From: Chthoniobacteraceae bacterium
GTDB lineage: Bacteria > Verrucomicrobiota > Verrucomicrobiia > Chthoniobacterales > Chthoniobacteraceae
Direction: 5' to 3'
Assembly: GCA_031409335.1 (NCBI GenBank)
Contig: JANNWY010000042.1
Coordinates: forward strand, 1-58,597
DNA: 58,597 nt
Shown here: one piece after another, positions 49,627 to 58,597 of the stretch
How positions within the stretch are numbered: position 1 is the stretch's first letter
How the letters are laid out: every line of letters starts with the position of its first letter
The notes under the pieces: model-generated
Told to the model about the DNA's origin: nothing
The model's database searches: none
Seen by the model: only the letters and a program-made list of their open reading frames with translations
Position numbers and translations under genes: made by a program

Positions 49627-50457
49627 TCACTCGATCGTGACGGGATCGTTCTTTTTGAGCAAGACCCCGATTTCCTCCATGTCCTCCGCGGCAAGGCCGA
49701 TGCCATTTCGCGCGGCGGGCTTTGGCTCCGCAGGCACCGCGTAAAGGCTGTGGCCAGGGATCGAGAGCGACACCTCGTGCAGCGCGCCGGCGTAGCCTTT
49801 GTCCTGAAACGTGACGCGATTTCCCGCGCTGTCCGTGGCCAGTTTCGCGACGACTTTGCCGGTGCGCTTTTGCACGGCGGCAGTGCCATCGCGGGCCGGC
49901 ACGGCGAGGATGCGGTATTGCTTGAAGAAGCGTTTCGCGTTGAACAGCGTGACTTTGTTTTCCTTCAGCGAAATGACAGTGGTGAAATCGGCTGGCGCGA
50001 TCACCAGTTTCTGGCCGATGCGGAGCATGCTGCCGGTCAGATTGTTCGAGCGAAAGATCAGCTCCGGGGTGCTGTGGGTGCGCATCGCGACGCGATTCAG
50101 CACGTCATTTTTTGCGACGATGTAGAGCTGCTTTTCCGGCGCGGGTGCTTGCGAAAAGAACAGGTCGGCATTGATCTCGCCGAGCAGATCGCGGGCTTCA
50201 TCGGCCTTGGTCGAGCGGGGATAGTGCTCGATGAATTCGGCGAGCGCAGCGCGAGTCGCGGCAGTGTTGCCCTTCTTTTTGAGTTCCAGACAGGCGGCGA
50301 ATTCCGGGAGCGCTGGATCGGGCGGCAGCGCTGGCGGCCCGCGCTGCTTCTCGGCGCGCAGGGCGCGCTCCGGTTTTACATAGAGCTCGTAAACGAAATA
50401 CGAGGCAGTGCCAAACACGGCGACGGTGAGGAACAGAATGATGAGCGCCTTGACCAT
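49627..50457 (-). CDS. LysM-domain protein with a degenerate L,D-transpeptidase-like C-terminus
   Basis: YIVAKNDVLNRVA...N.L....LRIGQKL (LysM); C-terminal GIGLAAEDMEEI lacks HxxC. Confidence 0.75.
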   Translation of the reverse strand: MVKALIILFLTVAVFGTASYFVYELYVKPERALRAEKQRGPPALPPDPALPEFAACLELKKKGNTAATRAALAEFIEHYPRSTKADEARDLLGEINADLFFSQAPAPEKQLYIVAKNDVLNRVAMRTHSTPELIFRSNNLTGSMLRIGQKLVIAPADFTTVISLKENKVTLFNAKRFFKQYRILAVPARDGTAAVQKRTGKVVAKLATDSAGNRVTFQDKGYAGALHEVSLSIPGHSLYAVPAEPKPAARNGIGLAAEDMEEIGVLLKKNDPVTIE

Positions 50458-50481
50458 GCCGGGCGGATGGGTCGCCCCGCG

Positions 50482-51003
50482 CTAGAAAAGGCCCCGCCGG
50501 CGAAAATCGCGGGCGTTCTCCCCAGCCGACTGCTGGATGAGATCGGCCGCGAATTTCAGCAGGCACACTTCCCAACCCTCATCCACACCGATGACTATCG
50601 CGCGCAGCGGATCCTCGGAGCGATCGAGCTCGATCTGCAATTCGGCCACCACCGTCTCGAGCGGGCGATGAACGATCCACTCGCTGATGTCGGTTTTGCG
50701 AAGGCGGAAGCCATATTTGAGAAGCGCCAAATCGGCGGCGTTCTCGCGCATCCAATTCACGAAAGACTCGGCGCGTTCCCCGAAGCCCTCCACCAGCGTG
50801 TTCTGCAAATACTCCGGCGAGAGGATCTGCGGACGCTCGGCGTGCAGGCGACCCTGGCGGACGCGGACCTGCTCGGTGGTATCCATCAATTCCGAGACGA
50901 GGTGGAAGTTAAATTCGGTGTCGCCGAGCGTCGAAATCCGGCGCTCGGGTGCTCGCACGACTTCGGTGTGCTCGATGGCAAATTGAAAAGTATCCTCGTT
51001 CAA
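50482..51003 (-). CDS. Conserved hypothetical protein
   Basis: Coding-like ORF (FAIEHTEV...LG.T.F.FHLVSELMD...VR.G...AERPQI; GVDEGWEVCLLKF). The TTG start is approximate. Confidence 0.7.
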   Translation of the reverse strand: MNEDTFQFAIEHTEVVRAPERRISTLGDTEFNFHLVSELMDTTEQVRVRQGRLHAERPQILSPEYLQNTLVEGFGERAESFVNWMRENAADLALLKYGFRLRKTDISEWIVHRPLETVVAELQIELDRSEDPLRAIVIGVDEGWEVCLLKFAADLIQQSAGENARDFRRRGLF

Positions 51004-51225
51004 AATGAAGTGCGGGAGACTACGTTGGCGCGATGGCGGCGCAAGATCAGTTTTCCGCAACGACGGTGGCACCACATCTGCTAGTCTCGCGGATGCGTAG
51101 CCACTCGGGCGTTTTCCCGGTCGGGTGCGCGTATTTGAACCCCTCGGTGCTCCGCAAAAAACACAATCATCGACAAGCTGGCGGCGGTTCTGAAATCGCC
51201 CGCCGAAACATTCACCCCCGATTGC

Positions 51226-51289
51226 TTGACACCACAATCTGTTGTGTTAAACGCCGCTATCACTCCCATTCCCATACAAGATGTATTGC
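51226..51289 (+). promoter_or_regulatory. nrdR promoter with candidate NrdR boxes
   Basis: TTGACA at 51226-51231. CCACAATCTGTTGTGT at 51232-51247 matches acaCwAtATaTwGtgt at 13/16. A weaker copy ATACAAGATGTATTGC at 51274-51289 lies 42 nt downstream. Confidence 0.6.
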
Positions 51290-51769
51290 TCAAAATGCGG
51301 GAGCCTTGAAGACAAGGTCATCGATTCCCGGCTGGCAAAAGATGGGCGCAGCATCCGTCGCCGCCGCGAATGCATCGCCTGCGGCCACCGCTATACGACC
51401 TATGAAGAAATCGAGCGCGCCGACCTCCGGGTCGTCAAGCGTGACGGTCGCTCCGAGCCATTCGACCGGCACAAGCTCCAGACTGGCATGGTAAAGGCCT
51501 GCGAAAAACGCCCGGTTTCCGTGGAGACGATCGAACTCGCGGCGGAGGAAATCATCCGCGACATCGAGGCCGATTTTACCAAGGAAATCCCGAGCCACGT
51601 CGTCGGCGCGAAAGTGATGGAAAGGCTCCACGCGCTGGATGCGGTGGCCTACGTCCGGTATGCCAGCGTTTACCGCCATTTTCAGGACATTGGAGAATTC
51701 ATCGACGAAATCCAGGCCCTCGAAAAGCGCCCGCGCAAGAGCGCGCTGCAACCGGAGCTATTCAAATAA
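51281..51769 (+). CDS. nrdR: Transcriptional repressor NrdR
   Basis: CSKC...KVIDSR...IRRRREC..C..RYTTYE Zn ribbon; ATP cone; VAYVRYASVYR.F. Confidence 0.97.
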   Translation: MYCSKCGSLEDKVIDSRLAKDGRSIRRRRECIACGHRYTTYEEIERADLRVVKRDGRSEPFDRHKLQTGMVKACEKRPVSVETIELAAEEIIRDIEADFTKEIPSHVVGAKVMERLHALDAVAYVRYASVYRHFQDIGEFIDEIQALEKRPRKSALQPELFK

Positions 51770-51775
51770 CGCGGC

Positions 51776-52336
51776 ATGATCGCCCTGCTCGACGACCTCC
51801 CGATGGTGCGATTCGCTGACGGCATGACCGCGCCTTTCCAGCGCGACTGGCTGCAGCGCGCGCTCATCACCGCCGCGCGAAAAGCCGGCTACCCGCAATG
51901 GTGGCTCGCCGAGCACGTCGCCGCGAGCGTCACCGAATTTCTCCGCACTCAGCGCGAGACGCCGGTGCTGACCGTGGACGCCCTGACGCGCTCCGTGCGC
52001 CAGGTCCTGCAAGTCATTGGCTACGCCGAAGTGGGTCGCCAGTTTGAAGCCGGCCGCCCCGTCGTGAAAATCTCGCTCGTCGAGCTCGCCCAAGCCGCCG
52101 GGGCCGGATACGAACTCGCGTTCTTCGATCTGCTCGGACGCCGCCTCGATGAAGTCGTGCGCAATGAAGGCGGCTGCTTTGAGCTTTTCGGACTCCTGCG
52201 TTGCGTGAGAATGTTGCGCGGAAAGAAGACTTGGGGACGGGACTGCGACACGCTGCGCGATGAAATCGTGGCATTCACGCGCGAACACACCGGAGTCGCC
52301 AGCGCCCGCACCGAAGTCCAATTCTCCCTCGCGTGA
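51776..52336 (+). CDS. Conserved hypothetical protein
   Basis: ORF 7 nt after nrdR with coding-like codon use; no function recognised. Confidence 0.7.
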   Translation: MIALLDDLPMVRFADGMTAPFQRDWLQRALITAARKAGYPQWWLAEHVAASVTEFLRTQRETPVLTVDALTRSVRQVLQVIGYAEVGRQFEAGRPVVKISLVELAQAAGAGYELAFFDLLGRRLDEVVRNEGGCFELFGLLRCVRMLRGKKTWGRDCDTLRDEIVAFTREHTGVASARTEVQFSLA

Positions 52337-52345
52337 GGATGCTCC

Positions 52346-52684
52346 ATGACTCTCTTTGAAAAAATCGCAGCGCGTGAAATCCCCGCCCGCATCGTCGCTG
52401 AAACCGCGGAGTGGCTCGCCTTTCACGACGTCAATCCGCAAGCGCCCACCCACGTCATAATCGTGCCCAAACGCGCGATCCCGCGCCTGGGACTAGCCGC
52501 GCCACAAGACAGCGGGCTGCTCGGACGAATGCTGCTGGCGGCGAATGAAATCGCGAAAACGCTCGGCATCTCCGAGACGGGATTTCGCGTTGTGATCAAC
52601 AACGGAGCCGACGCCGGCGAATCCGTCCCGCACCTCCATATCCACGTCCTCGGCGGACGCCCGCTGCAATGGCCTCCGGGGTAA
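52346..52684 (+). CDS. HIT-family nucleotide-binding protein (HinT-like)
   Basis: TLFEKI...EIPA; AFHDVNPQAPTH; VPHLHIHVLGGR; WPPG. Confidence 0.95.
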   Translation: MTLFEKIAAREIPARIVAETAEWLAFHDVNPQAPTHVIIVPKRAIPRLGLAAPQDSGLLGRMLLAANEIAKTLGISETGFRVVINNGADAGESVPHLHIHVLGGRPLQWPPG

Positions 52685-52715
52685 ATCCAGCGCCATTCAA
52701 CCGGGATCGTTGGCA

Positions 52716-53282
52716 ATGATTTTCTATGTCCCGATCCTAATCGCGCTCGCAGTCTATGTGCTGCGCCTCGTCGAGATCAGCCGCAAGCGGGCCACCGTGC
52801 CCGGCAAAGTCCAGGAAAGTCTGACCCTCCGGCTGTTTGTGCTCGTCGGCACGATCATGACGTTCGGATCAATGCTGGAATACGTCGTCCGGGGCGGGGG
52901 ATTTTCCCGGATTGCGCTCGTGTGCGGCATCGTGTGCGCCATCGCCTCATTCAAACTCCGCTGGAGCGCGATCGCTGCGCTGGGCAAGTTCTGGAGCCTG
53001 CACGTCGAGATTCGCGAAAACCATGAATTCGTCCAGAACGGCCCGTTTCGGTTCGTACGCCACCCGACGTATTTCTCCATGATCCTTGAGTTGCTCGCGT
53101 TCGGATTGATCTGCAGCGCGTGGTGGATGCTCGCCGTCATTCCGTTTCTCTTTGTGCCGGCCTTGATTCTGCGCCTCCGGCTGGAAGAACCGGCGCTCAT
53201 TGAAAAATTTGGTGATGCCTATCGCGACTACCAGCGCCGGGTGCCGATGCTCCTTCCCTACAAATGGCCTCGGACGAAATAA
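52716..53282 (+). CDS. Isoprenylcysteine carboxyl methyltransferase (ICMT/PEMT)-family membrane protein
   Basis: LGKFWS..V.I...H..V..GPFRFVRHPTY; EEPAL..FG..YRDY..RVP. Confidence 0.88.
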   Translation: MIFYVPILIALAVYVLRLVEISRKRATVPGKVQESLTLRLFVLVGTIMTFGSMLEYVVRGGGFSRIALVCGIVCAIASFKLRWSAIAALGKFWSLHVEIRENHEFVQNGPFRFVRHPTYFSMILELLAFGLICSAWWMLAVIPFLFVPALILRLRLEEPALIEKFGDAYRDYQRRVPMLLPYKWPRTK

Positions 53283-54532
53283 CTGACCCGCTGGCTCGCC
53301 GCCGCGTGGTGATCACGGGTATGGGCGTCATCACGGCTCCGGCGCTGAGCCTCGACAGGCTGTGGACGTGCATCCGGGAAGGCACCAGCGCGGCTACGAA
53401 AATGACGCGTTTTCCGATCGGAAACGCGCCGACTCATTTCGCCGCGCAAATAAATGATTTCGACGCCGGTAACTTTATGGACGCGAAAATGGCGCGTCGG
53501 CTCGACTACTCGCATCAGTATAGCGTGGCCGCCGCGCGGCTCGCTCGCGACGATGCGCGAATCGACTTCTCACAATTCGATGCGGATCGGGTGGGAGTGG
53601 TCGAAGGCTCCTCCGCGAGCAGCAACGAGACAGCATCAAAGGCCGATGTGGGCTATGCGAAAAGTGGTTACAAAGGAGTTGGGCCGTTCGCGCTCCTCAA
53701 CGGTTACAGTGGAGCCGGCTCCGGTGAGATCGCGCGTGAGTTGAACATTCGCGGACACGCGATTACACTGAGTTCCAGCAGCGCGTCGGGCAACGATGCC
53801 ATCGGCTACGCGCTTTCCATGATTCGCCATGAGGAAGTGGACATCATGATCGCGGGCGGCGCGGAGGCCCCGCTCGTGCCGCATATTTGGGGGGCGCTTT
53901 GCCTCAGCCAGGTTTTGAGCCGTCGCAATGATGACCCGCTCTCGGCCATGCGCCCTTTCGACAAATCGCGGGACGGAATCCTCCTGGGCGAAGGATCCGC
54001 TTATCTGGTCCTTGAGGAATTGACCCACGCCCTTGCCCGTGGCGCGCGAATTTATGCGGAAGTCCTGGGTCATGGTCGCAGTTGCGAGGCATATCATCCC
54101 GTGGCGCCGCATCCCGATGGCATCGGGCTATTCGCCGCGATGAAATGGGCGTTGCGCCAATCTCGTATCAGCGCGGATTGCGTGGACTACGTCAATGCGC
54201 ATGGCACCGCCACCGACGCAAATGATCTCGTCGAAACAAAAGCCATCAAGCGGATATTCGGTTCTCGCGCAAATCAACTGGCGGTTAGTTCGACGAAACC
54301 TGTCACCGGGCACCTTTTGGGCGCGGCTGGTGCTCTGGAGTCGGTAATTTGTGCTCTTTCGCTATATCATCAGGTTATCCCATTGACCCTCAATCACCAC
54401 GACCCAGCCGCCGGATGCGACTTGGATTATGTTTCCGGCAAGAGTCGGCCGTACCCGATTCGAGTTGCGATGAATCTCAGTAGCGGGTTCGGGGGCAAGA
54501 ACTCCTGTTTGATCATGCAACATTACGGATGA
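53264..54532 (+). CDS. FabF-like beta-ketoacyl-ACP synthase homologue with active-site Cys replaced by Ser
   Basis: RRVVITGMG; RPFDKSRDG..LGEG; YVNAHGTAT; STKPVTGHLLGAAG; SGFGGKN. The active-site segment is SSSSASG instead of TACASG. Confidence 0.88.
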   Translation: MASDEITDPLARRRVVITGMGVITAPALSLDRLWTCIREGTSAATKMTRFPIGNAPTHFAAQINDFDAGNFMDAKMARRLDYSHQYSVAAARLARDDARIDFSQFDADRVGVVEGSSASSNETASKADVGYAKSGYKGVGPFALLNGYSGAGSGEIARELNIRGHAITLSSSSASGNDAIGYALSMIRHEEVDIMIAGGAEAPLVPHIWGALCLSQVLSRRNDDPLSAMRPFDKSRDGILLGEGSAYLVLEELTHALARGARIYAEVLGHGRSCEAYHPVAPHPDGIGLFAAMKWALRQSRISADCVDYVNAHGTATDANDLVETKAIKRIFGSRANQLAVSSTKPVTGHLLGAAGALESVICALSLYHQVIPLTLNHHDPAAGCDLDYVSGKSRPYPIRVAMNLSSGFGGKNSCLIMQHYG

Positions 54533-56691
54533 AATTCGCCGAACTCATCCCTCTGACAGGTGCGCTGCTGAATTTCTCGCTGGCGGCCTTCGTTCTGATC
54601 CAAAACCCAAGGACGATCGTCGCGCGGGTCTATTTTCTCCTCGGACTGAGCTTTGCTGTTTGGAACTTCGGAACGTTCCAAATGTTCCGGGTGACCGATT
54701 ATGACAGCGCGCTTTTTTGGGCTCGCTTCCTTCAGTTTGGAGTCATTTTCATTCCGCTGACCTTCTGTCACCTCTCACTTTTGGTGGCGCGGCTATCCGT
54801 CCCGAAGCTCTACCTGCGGACACTCTACTCGCTTCACGTTCTGCTATTCATCAGCAATTTCACTGACTTCTTTTTGGCCGGAGTCAAGAATGTGGGCTAT
54901 GCTTGGTACTCGGTCGCGGGCACGGGTTTTTGGATTCTCAGCGGAGTGTTCTCTTTGATGTGGGTGTCGGTTGGAGTCCTCGTCGTCCATCGCCGAAAGC
55001 TGACACCAAACGGCAAGCGCCGGATCACTCCATTGATCATCGCCCAGACAGCCTTTGCACTTTTCGGTTGCAACGACATCCTCCCGATCCTCGGAATCTA
55101 CTATTACCCGATCATAGGATATCAGGTTTATCCGTTCGGAAGCATGGCCGTGATTCTCTACGGCATGATTGTTGGATACAGCGTTCTCCAGCATCAATTG
55201 CTTGATGTTCAGGTCACGCTCAATCGCAGCACGGCGAAGCTCGTCCGCGTGCTATTCATCTTTCTCACCGGTCTCTGCACGCTGCTCGTTTTGTGGTTGA
55301 TCGCACGCGACGAATTCAGCCCTTTCGCGTTTTTCGCCGGCCTCGTATCGCTGATGACGGGTGCGGTCTGTGCCGCAGTCCTTTTTCCCCGTCTGTTTGG
55401 CGAAAGCAGCGAAACGGTGGAGCGGCGTGTCCTTGGGGACACCTTTGAGTATCAGGATCAAGTGCGCAATTTCATCGAAGGGATGACTTGGTACATCGAC
55501 ACCTATCCACTGCTGAATGACCTCCACGATCTGCTCATCAAGGCATTCAAGCTGAAAGGCTACCAGATCATCCTCCGCGACGAGACTACCCGTGTTTTTA
55601 CGTTGGCCCGTTCGTATCCTGAGCAAGCCCAACGGCAGTTGCCGGATCTCAAGGTGGAGTCTCCGATCTTTCGATTTTTCGACTGGGGTAATGCCGCCTA
55701 CCTTGCCCTGAACTCGGAGTATCTGCGCCACGCAAACTCTTCGCTGGAACGCCAGGCGGTCGAACAACTCGCGGAATTCGGCGGACAGTTTTGTTTTCCC
55801 CTGGCGTCGCAGAGCGACCCGTTCGGTCTCTTCATTATCGGCGAAAAGGTGAACGGCGAACCGTTCACTGCAACCAACATCAACCTGCTGGTCGCTTTGA
55901 TGAAAAACCTAAGCCTGATGGTGAACCAAATCCGGCTCAAAAATCACATCATGCAGACGCAGGAGCTCGACTTGTTGGGTAGGATGAGCCGGGGCATGGC
56001 CCACGACCTGAACAACCTTCTCACTCCCGTGTGGACACTTTTTCAGCTTTCCGCGGAGGTGAACGAAAGCGGGAAACCACCGCAGTTTGACGATGAACTC
56101 CTCCCTTCCGCCCTGCGCAACATCCAGGTCATGCGCACTTACATCCGGGAGGCGCTTTTCTTCTCGGAGAATCTGCGGCCGGACATCCAATTGGGACGCC
56201 TCGACATGATCGTGAAACAGGCCGCCGAACTTGGCCGGGCAAGTCGCAAGAAGCCCGTCAACCTCATCACCGAAACGCCGGACAATGTGCTTGTCGAACT
56301 GGATGAAGTCCTGATCCAACGCCTCATCGCCAACCTGATCTCCAACGCCATCGACGCCTCGCCGGAGAACTCCACTATCCGCGTGGAACTCGTGCGTCTC
56401 GCCAAGACCGAAGCCAGCCGCGACTGGCTCCGCGTGCGAATCATCGATCAAGGCGAGGGCATTCGGAAAGAGGATCTCAACCGGATTTTCACACCCTATT
56501 TCACCACCAAAACCACCGGCGACGAAAACCGTGGATTCGGACTCGGACTCGCCATTTGCAGAAAGATCGTGAACTTGCACGGCGGGAATGTTTCCATCAC
56601 CAGCGAATTGAAAAAAGGCACGACGGTCGAACTCGACCTTCCCAGCCGCCAACAAAAGATCCAGCCCCCAAATGTGCCCCAACCCGCGTAA
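54529..56691 (+). CDS. Multi-TM (HisKA_7TM-like) + GAF-like sensor histidine kinase
   Basis: About 9 hydrophobic segments; GEKVNGEPF; MAHDLNN (H-box); NLISNAIDAS; DQGEGI; FTPYFTTK; GFGLGL. Confidence 0.9.
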   Translation: MKFAELIPLTGALLNFSLAAFVLIQNPRTIVARVYFLLGLSFAVWNFGTFQMFRVTDYDSALFWARFLQFGVIFIPLTFCHLSLLVARLSVPKLYLRTLYSLHVLLFISNFTDFFLAGVKNVGYAWYSVAGTGFWILSGVFSLMWVSVGVLVVHRRKLTPNGKRRITPLIIAQTAFALFGCNDILPILGIYYYPIIGYQVYPFGSMAVILYGMIVGYSVLQHQLLDVQVTLNRSTAKLVRVLFIFLTGLCTLLVLWLIARDEFSPFAFFAGLVSLMTGAVCAAVLFPRLFGESSETVERRVLGDTFEYQDQVRNFIEGMTWYIDTYPLLNDLHDLLIKAFKLKGYQIILRDETTRVFTLARSYPEQAQRQLPDLKVESPIFRFFDWGNAAYLALNSEYLRHANSSLERQAVEQLAEFGGQFCFPLASQSDPFGLFIIGEKVNGEPFTATNINLLVALMKNLSLMVNQIRLKNHIMQTQELDLLGRMSRGMAHDLNNLLTPVWTLFQLSAEVNESGKPPQFDDELLPSALRNIQVMRTYIREALFFSENLRPDIQLGRLDMIVKQAAELGRASRKKPVNLITETPDNVLVELDEVLIQRLIANLISNAIDASPENSTIRVELVRLAKTEASRDWLRVRIIDQGEGIRKEDLNRIFTPYFTTKTTGDENRGFGLGLAICRKIVNLHGGNVSITSELKKGTTVELDLPSRQQKIQPPNVPQPA

Positions 56692-58597
56692 ATGCGCACC
56701 CTCCTTGTCCTCGCCAAACATCCATCGTTCGCAGCAGCCATCCAATCGGTTCTCGACCCGGTCAAATTCCAACTCATCGCGAAAGAGTCCGTCAGCGAGG
56801 CGGAGATGCTGTTGGTTCGTGGAGCAATTGATCTCATCGTCCTCGACATCGAGCTGAGCGACGCGCGGGAAATCCGCACCATCGAGGAACTCAAAGGCTT
56901 TGCACCCAGGTGTCCCATCATCGCGGTTGCCGGCCCGGGCCGGACGGAGTGGGAGGAGGATGCCTACCTGCTCGGTGTCGAACACGTCCTCGCGAAGCCC
57001 TTGCGCGGAAAACTTCTGAACACCCTGCTCAACCGCGTCTTTCCGCAGAACGAACAACAGGCCATCGCCATCGCTCCTCCGCCCGCCCACGACATCGGCG
57101 GGGCGCGAACCTCCGCCGAGCAGACCCGCGGACTTCAAGCGTTGCGTCGCTTTTCCGGCGTGCTGGCTCACAGCCTGGATTCCGCCGCGCTCTTGAAGCA
57201 GTTTCTGCTGCTCCTGCGCGAGATCATCGGCGTCAATCGCGCCATCATCTTTCTGCGCAAACCAGCCGCGATCCTCAATGACAGCCCGCTCGCGCCCGAT
57301 GATCGCTGGCTCCGCAGCGCGTGCGCGATCGGGCTCGACCACACGGTGCTCCAGCATTTCGCCCTCTCCTTGGGCGCGGGTATCGGCGGTCACCTCCACC
57401 GGCAGGGTCGCATCCTCCGCGTCTCGCACCCCGACGCGCAATCCAGCCGGGAGATATCGAAGGAATTCCAACTGCTCGGCGTGCAAGTCGCGATCCCAAT
57501 TCTCGATCGTGAATCGCTGATCGGAGTCGCCGTACTCGATGAACGCCTCACCGGTGAACCGTACGGAAACGAGGAACTCGCGCTGATCTTTCACATGCTG
57601 GAAGAAGTCGGCCTCGCGATCCGCAACTCGTGGCTGTACGACCAACTCAGTGCCAATCATGGCATGATCGCCGACATCCTCAGCCATCTCGGCAGCGGCT
57701 GCGTCGTCATCGGTGGAAATCTCACCACGCTTCATGCGAACGCCGCCGCCGTCCGGTTCCTGCAACATGACCGACCCGGCCGGACGACGATTGAATTCTC
57801 CGATCTTCCCCAGCAAATCGGCAGCATGGCATTCACCGTCATCAAGTCGGGCATCCCGATTGCCCCCTTCAAACAGCACAACGTGACCGCGCCGGGCACC
57901 ACCCACCGCATCAGCATCGTTCCGTTTCGGACCCAGACTGCCGCGGCGACAAACTCCGCGCTCTTGCTGATCGAAGACATTACCGAGAACGAGCGCGCCA
58001 TCCGGCTCGAAACGGAGGCTTCCAATCTGCGACTCGTCAAGTCGATGGCCGAACATCTCGCGCATGAAATCGGCAACGCGCTCGTGCCGCTCTCCACCCA
58101 CCAACAGTTGCTCAAGGATTCCATCAACGATCCCGAGTTTCAGGAATCGCTCTCAGGCGCGATGTCCAGCGGGGTAAAGCGGATCGCGCGGCTCGCAAAT
58201 CAAATGGTCTTCCTCGCGCGGGAATGGCAGGGCGACTTCGGCGAATCCGTGATGCTCTCGGACCTCATCGTCGAGGCGTTCCACGAGGCCCACACGTATC
58301 ATCCGGGAAAAAAGGTCGCCCAACTCGCATTCAACAAGAGCGTCGCGCCATGGAAGATCTCCGGCGATCACAAGGCGCTGCGACACGCGTTCTCCGAGAT
58401 CATCCTCAACGCCCTTCAAGCCAACCCCGACGATCCGAATGTCGCCGTCAGCATGACTCCGGAGCACATGCTCGACGACCAGCGGTTCGCGGCGTCACGC
58501 ACGGATGTGCTGGTGTATCAGTCCGATATTCTGGAGGAGGACGTGACCATTGCGGGGCCGGTCACTGCGAGCCTGCACGGCTCGACGACCGGCACGG
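56692..58597 (+). CDS. REC-like/GAF/PAS/HisKA signalling protein; runs off the window, last ~48 codons are unrelated sequence
   Basis: ATG follows the kinase stop directly: MRTLLVLAKH...LIVLD...LAKP; GAF; LAHEIGN (H-box); EIILNALQA (N-box). Absent from the ORF track because no stop lies in the window. Confidence 0.85.
   Translation, partial: MRTLLVLAKHPSFAAAIQSVLDPVKFQLIAKESVSEAEMLLVRGAIDLIVLDIELSDAREIRTIEELKGFAPRCPIIAVAGPGRTEWEEDAYLLGVEHVLAKPLRGKLLNTLLNRVFPQNEQQAIAIAPPPAHDIGGARTSAEQTRGLQALRRFSGVLAHSLDSAALLKQFLLLLREIIGVNRAIIFLRKPAAILNDSPLAPDDRWLRSACAIGLDHTVLQHFALSLGAGIGGHLHRQGRILRVSHPDAQSSREISKEFQLLGVQVAIPILDRESLIGVAVLDERLTGEPYGNEELALIFHMLEEVGLAIRNSWLYDQLSANHGMIADILSHLGSGCVVIGGNLTTLHANAAAVRFLQHDRPGRTTIEFSDLPQQIGSMAFTVIKSGIPIAPFKQHNVTAPGTTHRISIVPFRTQTAAATNSALLLIEDITENERAIRLETEASNLRLVKSMAEHLAHEIGNALVPLSTHQQLLKDSINDPEFQESLSGAMSSGVKRIARLANQMVFLAREWQGDFGESVMLSDLIVEAFHEAHTYHPGKKVAQLAFNKSVAPWKISGDHKALRHAFSEIILNALQANPDDPNVAVSMTPEHMLDDQRFAASRTDVLVYQSDILEEDVTIAGPVTASLHGSTTGT

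Overview
This window looks like a GC-rich Verrucomicrobiota (Chthoniobacterales-like) chromosomal contig. That assignment is inferred from PVC-type heme/HEAT dehydrogenases, DUF1552, a TIGR04073-like protein and an H-X9-DG prepilin-like protein. Core genes include PBP1A, tRNA-Ser(CGA), tex, rlmD-like, acpP, tdh, degP, accA, nrdR and a HIT protein. Small accessory inserts lie between them: an IS end at the left edge, a stand-alone MAD3/MAD4-like ATPase pair, an HNH-like gene, an M66 (StcE/TagA-like) protease and an apparently deleted toxin-antitoxin pair. Five signals stand out. (1) Local C-to-G strand-skew flips are centred on the low-GC or accessory segments regardless of gene orientation. 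(2) A 1363-aa heme protein has an in-frame low-GC diverged core bracketed by two in-frame palindromic insertions. (3) A coupled operon joins an ICMT-family methyltransferase, a Cys-to-Ser ketosynthase and a multi-TM histidine kinase, a candidate lipid-signal synthesis/sensing system. (4) An in-frame amber stop splits a hybrid kinase. (5) The right end has a probable chimeric junction. All family calls come from motif recognition by eye; no searches were run.
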